The notes: generated by a model from the sequence alone, not told the origin. Shown: positions 46,884 through 56,272, numbered from the stretch's first letter. The stretch is DNA of 64,000 bases from Verrucomicrobiales bacterium (GCA_016793645.1 JAEUHD010000228.1:1232-65231); one strand, 5' to 3'. Made by a program: numbers and translations.

Positions 46884-48413
46884 TCAAAGAATATTTGCCG
46901 CCAGCTCAGCCAGTTCGCTGCGCTCGCCCCGGGAGAGCTCCACGTGGGCTGCGATGGCATGCTCGCGGAACCGGTTGACCACGTAGATGAATCCGTTGCT
47001 CGCGGCATCCACGTAGGGGTTGTCAATCTGGTAGGGATCCCCGGTCAGCACGATCTTGGTCCCGTGGCCGACCCGGGTGATGATGGTCTTGACCTCCAGC
47101 GGCGTCAGGTTCTGCGCCTCGTCAATGATCATGAACTGTCCTGCGATGCTGCGTCCCCGGATGTAGCTCAGCGCCTCGACCACGATCGTCCCGTTGCGTA
47201 GCAGATCCGCACTCCGCCGGGAGTCCTGGCCCATGTTCAGGTCCCCCAGCATCTCCAAGGCGTCATGGATGGGCTGCATCCACGGGGACAGCTTTTCCTC
47301 GAGGGTCCCGGGGAGGAATCCAATCTCCCGACCCATGGAAATGGTCGGTCGTGCCACCACCAACCGCCGGAACTCACGGTCGTTCACCGTCCGTTTCAAT
47401 CCGGCAGCCAGCGCGAGCAGGGTCTTTCCCGTGCCCGCCTTGCCCATGAGGGTCACCAGGCGGATCCGCTCATCCAGGAGGGCATCGAGTGCGAAATGCT
47501 GCTCCCGGTTGCGCGGACGGATTCCCCAGACGTTCTGGACATCGTGCAACGGAACCAGGCGGCGGCCGCTGACATCCACCTTGCCGAGCATCGTCCGCTT
47601 CGGTTCGCCCTCCGCGGTCAAGGTGCAGTACTCGTTCGGACTCCGGACCGGCCCCGCCGCCAGGGGCAGCTCTCCCGATGACCGGAACTCCGCCAACTGC
47701 GCCGCGGGCTGCGCCATCTCAAACATGCCCGTGTAGAGATCCCGCAGGTTGACGCGATCCGTTTCATAATCCTCCGCCGGGAGACCGTAGGCGTCCGCCT
47801 TCAGCCGCAGGTTGATGTCCTTGGTCACCAGGATCGTGGGCGCCTTCGGATTGGCCTCACGAAACGCGAGGGCCAGGGATAGAATCCGGTTGTCGACGGA
47901 GCCGTTGGGAACCGGGGCGGACGAAACCCGGGAGGCGCCATTGGATCCGGCACCCACAGGGTCCAGACGGTCGGCGAATATGATGCGGAGGTGTCCTCCG
48001 TGATCGAGCGGCACTCCCTCCGCCAGGGACCCCCGGCTGCGCAATTGATCCAGCAACCGGCTGACCGTGCGCGCATTCTGGCCGCGCTCCGTGGTCTCCC
48101 GCTTGAACTTGTCGATTTCCTCGATGACCTCGATGGGGAGCAGTACTTCGTTTTCCTGGAAATTCCTCAGGGCGTCCGGGTCATGCAGCAGGACATTGGT
48201 GTCGAGGATGTAGTTCTTCACCCGGCTCGAAGCAGGGGCCGGCCGGATCGTCTTCCGGGGCGTCTTTCGGGAAGGTTCCGAAGGGGAAATCTCAGGGGTG
48301 AGGAGGGCCGGGTCAGACGCGAAATCAGACACGCCTTCACAGTGGGCAGCCGTCCAAAACTGACAAGATGAAATCCGTTCCGCGGAGGAAATTAACACAA
48401 CCCGTAGGGTCAC
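46884..48413 (-). CDS. PIN-domain plus PhoH-like ATPase (YlaK-type)
   Basis: PIN: NYILDTNVLLHDPDAL...LPIEVIEEID. PhoH: LMGKAGTGKTLLALAAG, FMIIDEAQNLT, GTKIVLTGDPYQID. Start uncertain (GTG at 48413 or GTG at 48332). Confidence 0.85.
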   Translation of the reverse strand: MTLRVVLISSAERISSCQFWTAAHCEGVSDFASDPALLTPEISPSEPSRKTPRKTIRPAPASSRVKNYILDTNVLLHDPDALRNFQENEVLLPIEVIEEIDKFKRETTERGQNARTVSRLLDQLRSRGSLAEGVPLDHGGHLRIIFADRLDPVGAGSNGASRVSSAPVPNGSVDNRILSLALAFREANPKAPTILVTKDINLRLKADAYGLPAEDYETDRVNLRDLYTGMFEMAQPAAQLAEFRSSGELPLAAGPVRSPNEYCTLTAEGEPKRTMLGKVDVSGRRLVPLHDVQNVWGIRPRNREQHFALDALLDERIRLVTLMGKAGTGKTLLALAAGLKRTVNDREFRRLVVARPTISMGREIGFLPGTLEEKLSPWMQPIHDALEMLGDLNMGQDSRRSADLLRNGTIVVEALSYIRGRSIAGQFMIIDEAQNLTPLEVKTIITRVGHGTKIVLTGDPYQIDNPYVDAASNGFIYVVNRFREHAIAAHVELSRGERSELAELAANIL

Positions 48414-48462
48414 CTCCCCCGGGGGGCACCACCGATGGCGCCGGAGAATGGCGCCAGCCGCC

Positions 48463-49344
48463 TCACAACAGCCGGGCGAAATTGGCGACGAACCAGGTCA
48501 GCAGCAGCGCGACACCCAGGCCGGCCAGGGCGGCGGCCCCCAATGCCGCCCAACCGCTGAGGGGGAGGCGCAGCGGTGAGGAGGCCCGTCCCGCTTCCTT
48601 GTTCACGTACAACCGCCGGCTGATGCCGAGCGTGATGGCGGCGATCGCGAGCAGGAGCGGGATGGTGATGCGTCCGTTCAGCCGTTCCCACAGGGAGTCC
48701 TCCAGGGACAATCCGGCCCGCAGTCCGGTGAGCGCCCCCAGCGCTCCCCAAACCCACGCGGTATACGCCACCGCACGCGTCGTCGCGAGGGAGGCCACGG
48801 AGAATCCGACCGCCAGGGCGGCCAGAGGGAGCACCAGCACGACTCCATACAGGAACTCCGGCCGGCGCAATTCCACGACCGCAATGCCGGTGGAAACGAA
48901 AAAGCTCAGGACCAGATCCGTGAGGTTGTTCTGAAGCGCCACGATATTCATGAACGTGACCGCCAACAGACATCCCAGCGCCACGACGAGTCGCGCATCA
49001 AACCGCTGCCTCCGGGTTGCCGGCTGGGAGAAGGAGTATTCCTCGCACCCACCCATCACATCCGTCCCGCCAAATACCGGCCCCCCGACAACTCCAAACA
49101 CCCCGCCGAGGGCAAGAATCCAGGAGGGGTGTGCTACGATGGGCAGAAACCAAACGGCCACCAACCACACCAGGACGACCCCAAGAATCAGCCGCGAATG
49201 GGCGAACCATTCCCCCCAAAGCAGTCCCGTCCAGAACCGCCACACCCGTCCCGCGCGGGAAACGGACGCCGGGGCGGGAGCCAGGTCGTCCACGAGCCTC
49301 AGAACAGGTTTGTCGGCGGTGGTCATGGAGTCCGGGATCTTCAT
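48463..49344 (-). CDS. Polytopic membrane protein, function unknown
   Basis: At least 6 hydrophobic helices (e.g. LILGVVLVWLVAVWFLPIV, LVVALGCLLAVTFMNIVAL, LYGVVLVLPLAALAVGFSVASL, WAALGAAALAGLGVALLLTWFV). Its ATG overlaps the stop of the upstream gene (ATGA at 49341-49344). Confidence 0.6.
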   Translation of the reverse strand: MKIPDSMTTADKPVLRLVDDLAPAPASVSRAGRVWRFWTGLLWGEWFAHSRLILGVVLVWLVAVWFLPIVAHPSWILALGGVFGVVGGPVFGGTDVMGGCEEYSFSQPATRRQRFDARLVVALGCLLAVTFMNIVALQNNLTDLVLSFFVSTGIAVVELRRPEFLYGVVLVLPLAALAVGFSVASLATTRAVAYTAWVWGALGALTGLRAGLSLEDSLWERLNGRITIPLLLAIAAITLGISRRLYVNKEAGRASSPLRLPLSGWAALGAAALAGLGVALLLTWFVANFARLL

Positions 49345-50078
49345 CGGGTCGAGCCCGGGATGACGTCGATATAAAATTCCCAGGGATAGTCGGAGCCCGG
49401 AGGTCCCTCCGCCCTCGCCCCGGGGCGGAACACCTTTCGCTTCACCACGGTTCCGTCATCCGTGCCGCGAAACACCTCGCCCTCGTACTGAAGGTACGGC
49501 TTGAAGGTGGTTCCCCCGGGGGCGGGCGGTACGCGCACGCCGTGCAACTGGCAGACGGCGATGCCAAAGTCCCGGCCCTGTCCGATCAGCCGCTGCCAGG
49601 CCGGACGCCGCCAACCGAGCGGATGCAGATACGAGAAGGGTTCCGTCTCCTTCACCTCCGCCAGTTCCGCCGACCAGGACCCCGACTCGGGCTCCCGAAT
49701 GTCAACCTGGCTCCACGTCTCCTGCGAGGCGTTGGCGTTGTTCCCCCAGAAGGAATTCGTGGCACGCTCCCGATCGGGAGCCCCGCGGAGCGCGGGATCC
49801 GAGGGACAGAGAAAATTCGACGGCTTCACGGAGTCCGGAAGGGAAGCCATCACGCGGCTGAAGGACCGCGGGCGCTTTTCATTTTCCACGGAGTACGCAT
49901 GCACCGCCCGGCTCACCAGGCGCAGGTTGTCCATGCACACGAGTCGCTGTCCCCTCACCCGCGCGTTGGCCACCATGGACGACACCAGGGTCATCACCAC
50001 GCCCGCCGCCGCGAGAACGGACAACAGTTCAAAGACGGTGAATCCAAGGCGGGCCGCGGGCCTGGGGCTGGACAACAT
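49341..50078 (-). CDS. Prepilin-like N-terminal motif protein (divergent pseudopilin)
   Basis: ATG at 50078. MLSSPRPAARLGFTVFELLSVLAAAGVVMTLVSSM. The rest is Trp/Pro-rich and soluble. Confidence 0.65.
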   Translation of the reverse strand: MLSSPRPAARLGFTVFELLSVLAAAGVVMTLVSSMVANARVRGQRLVCMDNLRLVSRAVHAYSVENEKRPRSFSRVMASLPDSVKPSNFLCPSDPALRGAPDRERATNSFWGNNANASQETWSQVDIREPESGSWSAELAEVKETEPFSYLHPLGWRRPAWQRLIGQGRDFGIAVCQLHGVRVPPAPGGTTFKPYLQYEGEVFRGTDDGTVVKRKVFRPGARAEGPPGSDYPWEFYIDVIPGSTR

Positions 50079-50187
50079 CACGATCGGTACGTAGCACCCG
50101 ACCGCCCCGCCGGCGAGCGGGAATCCGCTGCGGCCCGCCCCGAATCGGACGCCCCCCCCCGGGATGCCGAAGGGTCCGCCCCGCAGG

Positions 50188-52440
50188 TCACGGATTGGCG
50201 GAGCCTGGCGTTGGAGACACCGCCTGGAAGGTCTCCGGCAGCGCGGTGGTCCGGCCGAGGGCCACGTCGTCACCCACCGCGCCAAAAACCACCTCGTCCC
50301 GCAGCACGTTCAGGTGCTCGTCGGAATCCACCAACAGGATCTGCTCACCCTCGCCCGACAGCCGGAAATTGGCATGAAGGCCGGGGCTCTCCGTGGAATC
50401 CTCGTCCGCCCAGACCAGGAGGTATCCCGCCGCAGGAATTCTCGTTCCCGCGGGGAACGACCACTTCCGGGGCTTGTCCGGATCGTCGCTCAGATACCAG
50501 CCGGACAGATCCACCGCGCTCTCGCTTAGGTTGCGGAGTTCGATCCAGTCCTCCAGGTCCCCCTGGGGATCGCGGATGGTGCCCTCATTGGACGCCATGA
50601 ATTCGTTGATGACCACCGGGGACTCCGCGCGCGCGCCGGCCCGGACCCGGTACGTCAGCGGCCCGAGTTCGGCATGGGCGGGTTGAAACGCGGCCGCCTG
50701 CGCCGTGTTGGCGGAACGCGCTTCGACATAGTATCGGACCTTGACCCCGGCGAGGAATCCGCCGGCCTCCGCGCCGTACACCCCGTCCCCGGCCGCGCCA
50801 TCCTGATGCGCGCCGTCGTCCCACATCGGGACCGCCGTGTATTTTCCCACCGGACCCCCGCGATACCACAGCCATACCGAATCAATGCCCTCATCGCCGG
50901 AGGGCTGAACCACCGCCGTCACCGCCGCCGTGCTCCCGGCCGCCGGTTCCGCCTTCAGGGTCACGGACGATATCTTGGGGGGCACCGGACGCAGCTCCGC
51001 GTGATTGGTGAGGAAGACATACCGATTCGTGACGAAGGATTTCAGGGACTTCAGGTTGTTGGTGTACGCCGTCATCGTGAACGACTTCTTCGGATCCGCC
51101 GCAATGGCCGGCAGGCTCAACGCACTCAGGCGGTCAATGAGCGGGGTCATCACGTCCGGGTGGAACGATTCGTCGAGGACGGTGCGCATGTGCGCCAGGT
51201 ACCGCTGCTTCAGTTCCGGGATCACCAGCAGTTTGGAAATGACCGGCCGGTTGGTTCCGGTGATTCCGGAGAGCGGGGACAGCGAGACGTCGGAAGTCAG
51301 GAAGGCCTCATTGCCATCGTGCTCGACCGGGTGGATGCGCCCGCTTTCCGGCTCGTAGTAGAACCCGTAGTCCGCCCCCTTGTTCCAATAGCTGTCGTCA
51401 TCGGCGAAGAGGTTTTCCACCGCGAGAAACCACATCCAGGAATCCACGGCGAGGACCTCCTCCACCGCCGTCCGGCGCGACTCCTCCGCCGTGTTGTTGA
51501 GCACGTCGATGGCATGGAACAGGCGCTGCCAGGCGAGGTTGGAATCCGCCGCCTTCTTGAGTTCATACTTGTTGGTGTAGTCGGAAATGGAGCCTCCCTG
51601 CCAACTCAACGCCGAGGCCGCGCTCGCAAAAGGATTTCCGCCGCCGCCACCACCGGGTCCCCCGGGGCCACCTCCCGTTCCGCCCCCGACATTCGGGGCA
51701 CGCCAACGATCCCCGTCGTTGCTCGGAAACCATTCCCGGATCAGGTCGCCATCCTCCTGCTGCGCGAGGGAATAAACACCCCAGTTGGCGCCGTTGATGA
51801 ACAGGGAGGCCAGTGCCCCGCGCGGACTCGGGGCGTACCGGTGCATGACGTTGAAGTAGATCGGCTCCCTCAGGATCGTCCCGTCCCCGGCGGCGTTGTT
51901 GAGGTTCACCGTTTCGTAACCCAACAACTCCGATTCGGAATGGGTCCAGTTGATCTCCAGGTTCACCGACTTCTTGGTGCCGCCCATGGTGAAGGAGGTG
52001 TTGCCCTTGTAACGGGCGCCCACGCCGGTCCGGACGGCCCCGTTGTCCAGTTCCAGGGTGCACGTGACATTGGTGCCGGTCGTCCGGGCGGTGGTCAGCA
52101 ACGACTGCCAATTGGACTCCACGAACGTCAGGTGGAAGGTCCGGATCAGCGAGTCGTCGTACAAACCGTCCGTCCCGGTCACCCGGAAGAATTCCCCGCT
52201 GGAGTCGCCCGAGGACACCGCGCGCCCTGGCGGTTCGGTCTCGTCCGAAATCAGGGGTGGCATCCCCTCCGGTCGCGACCAGGACTCGAGATCCGACGAC
52301 ACCTCGATCCACCAGTCCTTCCTGGGGGAACCGAAGATGCGAAGCTCGGGGCCCGACGCGGAGTTCTGGAGTTCGACACGGGTTTCCCGCGCCGCCGCAG
52401 TCAGGGCCATCAAGATGGACAGGAGCCAAGACGGTTTCAT
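50188..52440 (-). CDS. CotH-family (atypical protein kinase fold) protein with N-terminal FFRV module and C-terminal lamin-tail domain
   Basis: Signal MKPSWLLSILMALTAAA. CotH-type blocks KKSVNLEINW...YETVNLNNA...LREPIYFNVMHRY...LFINGANWGVYSLAQQED and YYEPESGRIHPVEHDGNEAF. LTD: VVINEFMASNEG...DWIELRNLSESAVDLSGWYLSDD. Confidence 0.8.
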   Translation of the reverse strand: MKPSWLLSILMALTAAARETRVELQNSASGPELRIFGSPRKDWWIEVSSDLESWSRPEGMPPLISDETEPPGRAVSSGDSSGEFFRVTGTDGLYDDSLIRTFHLTFVESNWQSLLTTARTTGTNVTCTLELDNGAVRTGVGARYKGNTSFTMGGTKKSVNLEINWTHSESELLGYETVNLNNAAGDGTILREPIYFNVMHRYAPSPRGALASLFINGANWGVYSLAQQEDGDLIREWFPSNDGDRWRAPNVGGGTGGGPGGPGGGGGGNPFASAASALSWQGGSISDYTNKYELKKAADSNLAWQRLFHAIDVLNNTAEESRRTAVEEVLAVDSWMWFLAVENLFADDDSYWNKGADYGFYYEPESGRIHPVEHDGNEAFLTSDVSLSPLSGITGTNRPVISKLLVIPELKQRYLAHMRTVLDESFHPDVMTPLIDRLSALSLPAIAADPKKSFTMTAYTNNLKSLKSFVTNRYVFLTNHAELRPVPPKISSVTLKAEPAAGSTAAVTAVVQPSGDEGIDSVWLWYRGGPVGKYTAVPMWDDGAHQDGAAGDGVYGAEAGGFLAGVKVRYYVEARSANTAQAAAFQPAHAELGPLTYRVRAGARAESPVVINEFMASNEGTIRDPQGDLEDWIELRNLSESAVDLSGWYLSDDPDKPRKWSFPAGTRIPAAGYLLVWADEDSTESPGLHANFRLSGEGEQILLVDSDEHLNVLRDEVVFGAVGDDVALGRTTALPETFQAVSPTPGSANP

Positions 52441-52480
52441 GACAGAATCCTCCTTTCAGGTTGGATCTTATGGGACGGCC

Positions 52481-54238
52481 TCACTTGGACGCTGCGGACG
52501 CCGGGGTGACCTTGAGCAAATAGGCCCGCCGTTGGTCGGCGAAGTTCTTCAACGCGAGGGTGCGCCCGTCGTCCTCGGTGAGGCTCTTCTGGAAGGATTC
52601 CGTGGAATCAAGCTTCCGGGTGTCCGCGGCCACGGCCGAAGCGATCAGGGCGTGGTAGGCCTCGGCACGGGGTCCGAGGTTCTTCCAGTCCAGATGGCGG
52701 TCGGCAATCTCCCGGACATGGGCCAGGTAGCGCGCCTTCAGCGAAGGCACCGCCAGCAGTTTTGAAATGAGCGGCTTCGAGGCATCCGATGCCGCGAACA
52801 GCGGATCCAGATCCACTCCCTGAATGGCCGTGCCACCCCGGCCCCCGGGCGGGAATCCTCCCGCGGGCGCACCCGGGACAGGACCGGCACCTTCGGGTCT
52901 CGGCGCGGGTCCCCCGGAAATTCCCGATGCCTCCCCGCCCCGGGGACGACGTCCAAATCCCGGACCGCCGCCCGGACCTCCTCCGAACCCAGGACCACCG
53001 GGACGCGAAAACGACTCGTTCGCATCCTGGGGCAGAATGTGGAATCGCCCCTTCTCGTCCCGGTAGATGCTGTAGTCACTGGTGCGGATCCAGTAGCCGT
53101 CATTGTTGATCAGCGCGTTGTCGAGTGCGAGAAAGCGGAGGGCGCCGTCCACGTCGAGAACCGGTTCCAAGGCTGCCTCAAGCTTATCCGCCGGAGTCTC
53201 GTTCAGGATCCGGCAGAGTTCGATCAGGGCCTTCCAGGATTCCACGTCATCCTTGCTCTTGATCTCGTAGATCTTCCGGTAGTCGTCCACGTTGGTCCCC
53301 AGGTAGGCCAGGCTTCCCCGTCCCCCCGGACTCCCCGGAACCTTCCACCGGGCTCCCTTCTTCGAACCGTACCACTCCTTCACGAAGTCCTTGTTGAACT
53401 GCTCGACGTTGACGTAGAGGCCCCAGGACTCGCCGTTGATCACCACCTGCACGAAGTTGGCCTTCGGCGCGGGCAGATACTCCCGGGCAATGTCGTAGAA
53501 GAGCACGGCGCGGAGGAACGAGGGGTCCTCGTGGCTGTTGAGCAGATTCAGGGTCCGATAGCCGCCGACATTCTGGCCGTCGTGGACAAAATCCAGGGTG
53601 AGGTTCAGGGAACGCTTCCGCCCCTCCCCTACCATGTCGTAGGACGACATGCCGCGAAAATGGACACCGACGTCCGCGTAGATCTTTCCGTCCACCGTCA
53701 CTTGGGCCGGCACGAGGACGTCGGTGTCATGAAAGTCTGACAATTCCCGTTCCCAGTCCGCGTTCTCGAACTGCAGGAATACGGTGCGCACCGTCTTGGG
53801 GTCGTAGAACGGCACCCCGGTATGGGACGCCACATCCGAGGGCGACACCTTCGGACCCGGGGTCGCCGCCACGGAGGCCTGGGCGCGCGGACCCATCCGC
53901 CCGGGCCCCCCGCGACGGGATCCGGACGCATTGTCCTTCGCCCGTTGTTCCCGGGCCGCCTTCCGTTCGGCGGCGTTGAGTCGTCCATCCCCATTCTGGT
54001 CAAATTGCTGGACCAACTTCGTCTCAGGTCGCATTCCGCCGCCGCCCGGCCCGCCCGGCCCGCCCGGACCACCAGGCCCACCAGGCCCACCAGGCCCACC
54101 AGGCCCACCGGGGCCGGGGGGAAAGTCGGGCGTGCCGTCGCCCGGCCCGGGCGGCTGCTGGGCTTCGGCAGAATAGGCCAGGAACCCCAGCAGGAGGGTC
54201 ACTGCAACGGGCCGTGGAAGTCGAAGGAAGGTCCTCAT
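52481..54238 (-). CDS. CotH-family protein with (GGP)n low-complexity regions and an EF-hand-like loop
   Basis: Signal VAVTLLLGFLAYSAEA. PGGPGGPGGPGGPGG run. FDQNGDGRLNAAE. CotH blocks RKRSLNLTLDF...YRTLNLLNSHEDPSFLR...VVINGESWGLYVNVEQFN and YRDEKGRFHILPQDANESF. Confidence 0.8.
   Translation of the reverse strand: MRTFLRLPRPVAVTLLLGFLAYSAEAQQPPGPGDGTPDFPPGPGGPGGPGGPGGPGGPGGPGGPGGGGMRPETKLVQQFDQNGDGRLNAAERKAAREQRAKDNASGSRRGGPGRMGPRAQASVAATPGPKVSPSDVASHTGVPFYDPKTVRTVFLQFENADWERELSDFHDTDVLVPAQVTVDGKIYADVGVHFRGMSSYDMVGEGRKRSLNLTLDFVHDGQNVGGYRTLNLLNSHEDPSFLRAVLFYDIAREYLPAPKANFVQVVINGESWGLYVNVEQFNKDFVKEWYGSKKGARWKVPGSPGGRGSLAYLGTNVDDYRKIYEIKSKDDVESWKALIELCRILNETPADKLEAALEPVLDVDGALRFLALDNALINNDGYWIRTSDYSIYRDEKGRFHILPQDANESFSRPGGPGFGGGPGGGPGFGRRPRGGEASGISGGPAPRPEGAGPVPGAPAGGFPPGGRGGTAIQGVDLDPLFAASDASKPLISKLLAVPSLKARYLAHVREIADRHLDWKNLGPRAEAYHALIASAVAADTRKLDSTESFQKSLTEDDGRTLALKNFADQRRAYLLKVTPASAASK
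54041..54121. repeat. Nine tandem 9-nt units (coding Gly-Gly-Pro repeats inside the CotH gene)
   Basis: GCCGCCCGG CCCGCCCGG CCCGCCCGG ACCACCAGG CCCACCAGG x3 CCCACCGGG GCCGGGGGG, read directly from the plus strand. Confidence 0.75.
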
Positions 54239-54292
54239 GGAGTCAGGAAAAGAGGTTCGGAGTTTGAGGGTGCGTTTTGGACTTCCTCGGAA

Positions 54293-55318
54293 TCAGGGAG
54301 TCCCCGTATTGGCTCCCGGAACGCGGAAGCTGACCTGGTAGAATCCCTTCACGGCCTTGGCGTCCACATACAGGTCCAGGGACCCCTCCGCGGTTGCCGT
54401 GTGGATGCTGCGATCCACGGCGCCGTCCTGGGTGAGGGAGAACGGGAGTGCGGACCAGCCCAGATCCGCAAAGGTCGGATTGCCGTACACCTCGTAGCTG
54501 TATCCGGCGTAGGCCGGGACCCGGATGCGATACCGGGATGCCCCCGCGGACGTCTCGACCGGCACCCCGGCCACCACCAGACTCCCCCCATTGGGATAGG
54601 TTGGCTCGGTGTAGGTTCGCCCAACGACGTAATCCCAGGTTGCCTCCTGCTCTCCCGTGGTTGTGCCGGCCACTTCGGAGAAATCGAGCAGCATCGTCGC
54701 CCGCTGGGTGGCGTTCGACACTGTGGAGAACACGTTGTCGTTGGAGTTCTGCGTCTCCCAAACCGCGCCGTTCAAATCGAGTGCGGTCTCGTTCCAACCG
54801 GTCTGCGTCGTGGTCCGCTTCGTCTCCCCGGGCAGGGTCACCCCCCAGTGATAGTGACGGGTCCGGCCGCGATAGAGGCCTGCCTTGATGGTGCGAAAAC
54901 GATAGCGTCCGTCGGATCCGGTGAGGTACTGGCCAAATCCGGCGAACGCCGCGTCGCACGCGGAGTTCCGGGTGGCGCTGGTGGAGTACAGATAGTCGCC
55001 CTCGCGGTCGGCGTGCCACAGTTCGACGAGGGCGCCCGGGACTGGATTCCCGCTGGCATCGAGGACCCGCCCGCTGATGTAGGTCACCACGCCCGACGCG
55101 ATCGTCAGGCTGTCATTCAACTGGACGAGGTCGTTGTCCTTGTCGAGGGGGATGTTCTTTGCGAGCGGATAGTACGGCCCCTGGGTCACGGTGGGAGCCA
55201 CGGTCAGCGCCTCGGCGAGGAAGCCGGGCAGGGTGAATCCCGCTGAGGCGAGGGCCATGCCGCGGAAGAAGCGGCGGCGATCGACGGGGATGTGAAAGGG
55301 ATGAACGGTGGATTTCAT
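54293..55318 (-). CDS. Tat-signal intradiol ring-cleavage dioxygenase-like protein with C-terminal beta-sandwich tail
   Basis: ATG at 55318. Twin-Arg signal VDRRRFFRGMALASAGF. TQGPYYP. SGRVLDASGNPVPGALVELWHADREGDY. GRYRFRTIKAGLYRGRTRHYHW. Confidence 0.75.
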   Translation of the reverse strand: MKSTVHPFHIPVDRRRFFRGMALASAGFTLPGFLAEALTVAPTVTQGPYYPLAKNIPLDKDNDLVQLNDSLTIASGVVTYISGRVLDASGNPVPGALVELWHADREGDYLYSTSATRNSACDAAFAGFGQYLTGSDGRYRFRTIKAGLYRGRTRHYHWGVTLPGETKRTTTQTGWNETALDLNGAVWETQNSNDNVFSTVSNATQRATMLLDFSEVAGTTTGEQEATWDYVVGRTYTEPTYPNGGSLVVAGVPVETSAGASRYRIRVPAYAGYSYEVYGNPTFADLGWSALPFSLTQDGAVDRSIHTATAEGSLDLYVDAKAVKGFYQVSFRVPGANTGTP

Positions 55319-55486
55319 GGTTTTGCTCCTGTGTTGCCCGCCCCGGACGGGGCGTTGATCTGGCGTCACTCAACGCACGCCACGTAAAGACCCGATGTCG
55401 AAATCCGGGAAAATCGTAAATGGATTGTAAAGATGTCCCGGCTTCCGGGCTTTGTGGAATGGGGAGGCCCGGGATACGGTGCGGAC

Positions 55487-56263
55487 ATGCGACGTGCCTC
55501 CGGCCTGGCCGGACGTTATCGAATCGGCTCCGTTCCCTACCTCAACGCCCTCCCGTTGACGCGGGATCTCGGCCATCCCGTCGTGCTGCTGCCCCCGGCG
55601 GCGCTCGCCGTCGAACTTCATGCCGGACATCTCGACGCCGCCCTGGTGAGCGTCACCGAGCCCCTCCTTCATCCGGGCTACAGGATCGTGGATGGGGCCG
55701 GGATCGTGTCACACGGGCCCGTGGCCAGCGTCTTCCTTGCGCACCGCGGACCGCTGGAGGGGATCCAAACCGTCCACGTGGACCCGGCGACCCGGACCAG
55801 CATCGAACTGCTGAGGATCCTGCTCGCGGAGCGTGGATGCCGGCCCGGGTTTCGTCCGCTCGACCGCTACGCCGACGCGTCGAGCCTCGACGCGGTCCTG
55901 CTGATCGGGAATCCCGCCTTGGAGTTCCGTCGATCCGGCGCGACCCACGAACTTTGGGATCTTGGGGGCGCGTGGGCGCAGTTCACCGGACTTCCCTTCG
56001 TCTATGCCACCTGGGTTGTGCGCGACGGTCCGGAGGCCGTTCCGCTGGCCCGGAGCCTTCGCGCCGCCGCTGAAACCGGCATCGCCGCCATCCCGACCCT
56101 GGTGGATTCGCGGCCCGAGTTTGATCGGGCGCTCCGGGAAGCCTATCTCGGGGGGCACATCCGCTATCTGATCGGTCCGGTCGAGAAGTCGGGGGTCCTT
56201 CGCTTTGCCGAGTTGCTTGCGAAACACGGCGGTCAACGGGTGTTCCCGCCGCACTTCGTCTGA
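55487..56263 (+). CDS. mqnA: Chorismate dehydratase (futalosine pathway)
   Basis: YRIGSVPYLNALPLTRDL...FVYATWVVR...GGHIRYLIG. ATG at 55487 preferred. The upstream in-frame ATG at 55433 is also possible. Confidence 0.85.
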   Translation: MRRASGLAGRYRIGSVPYLNALPLTRDLGHPVVLLPPAALAVELHAGHLDAALVSVTEPLLHPGYRIVDGAGIVSHGPVASVFLAHRGPLEGIQTVHVDPATRTSIELLRILLAERGCRPGFRPLDRYADASSLDAVLLIGNPALEFRRSGATHELWDLGGAWAQFTGLPFVYATWVVRDGPEAVPLARSLRAAAETGIAAIPTLVDSRPEFDRALREAYLGGHIRYLIGPVEKSGVLRFAELLAKHGGQRVFPPHFV

Positions 56264-56272
56264 GGCGACCGG

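Noticed and set aside
54041-54121. A regular short repeat array that might superficially suggest a CRISPR or VNTR locus.
   Set aside because: The period is 9 nt with no spacers, and the array is in frame inside a CotH gene, encoding (GGP)n. It is not a CRISPR array.
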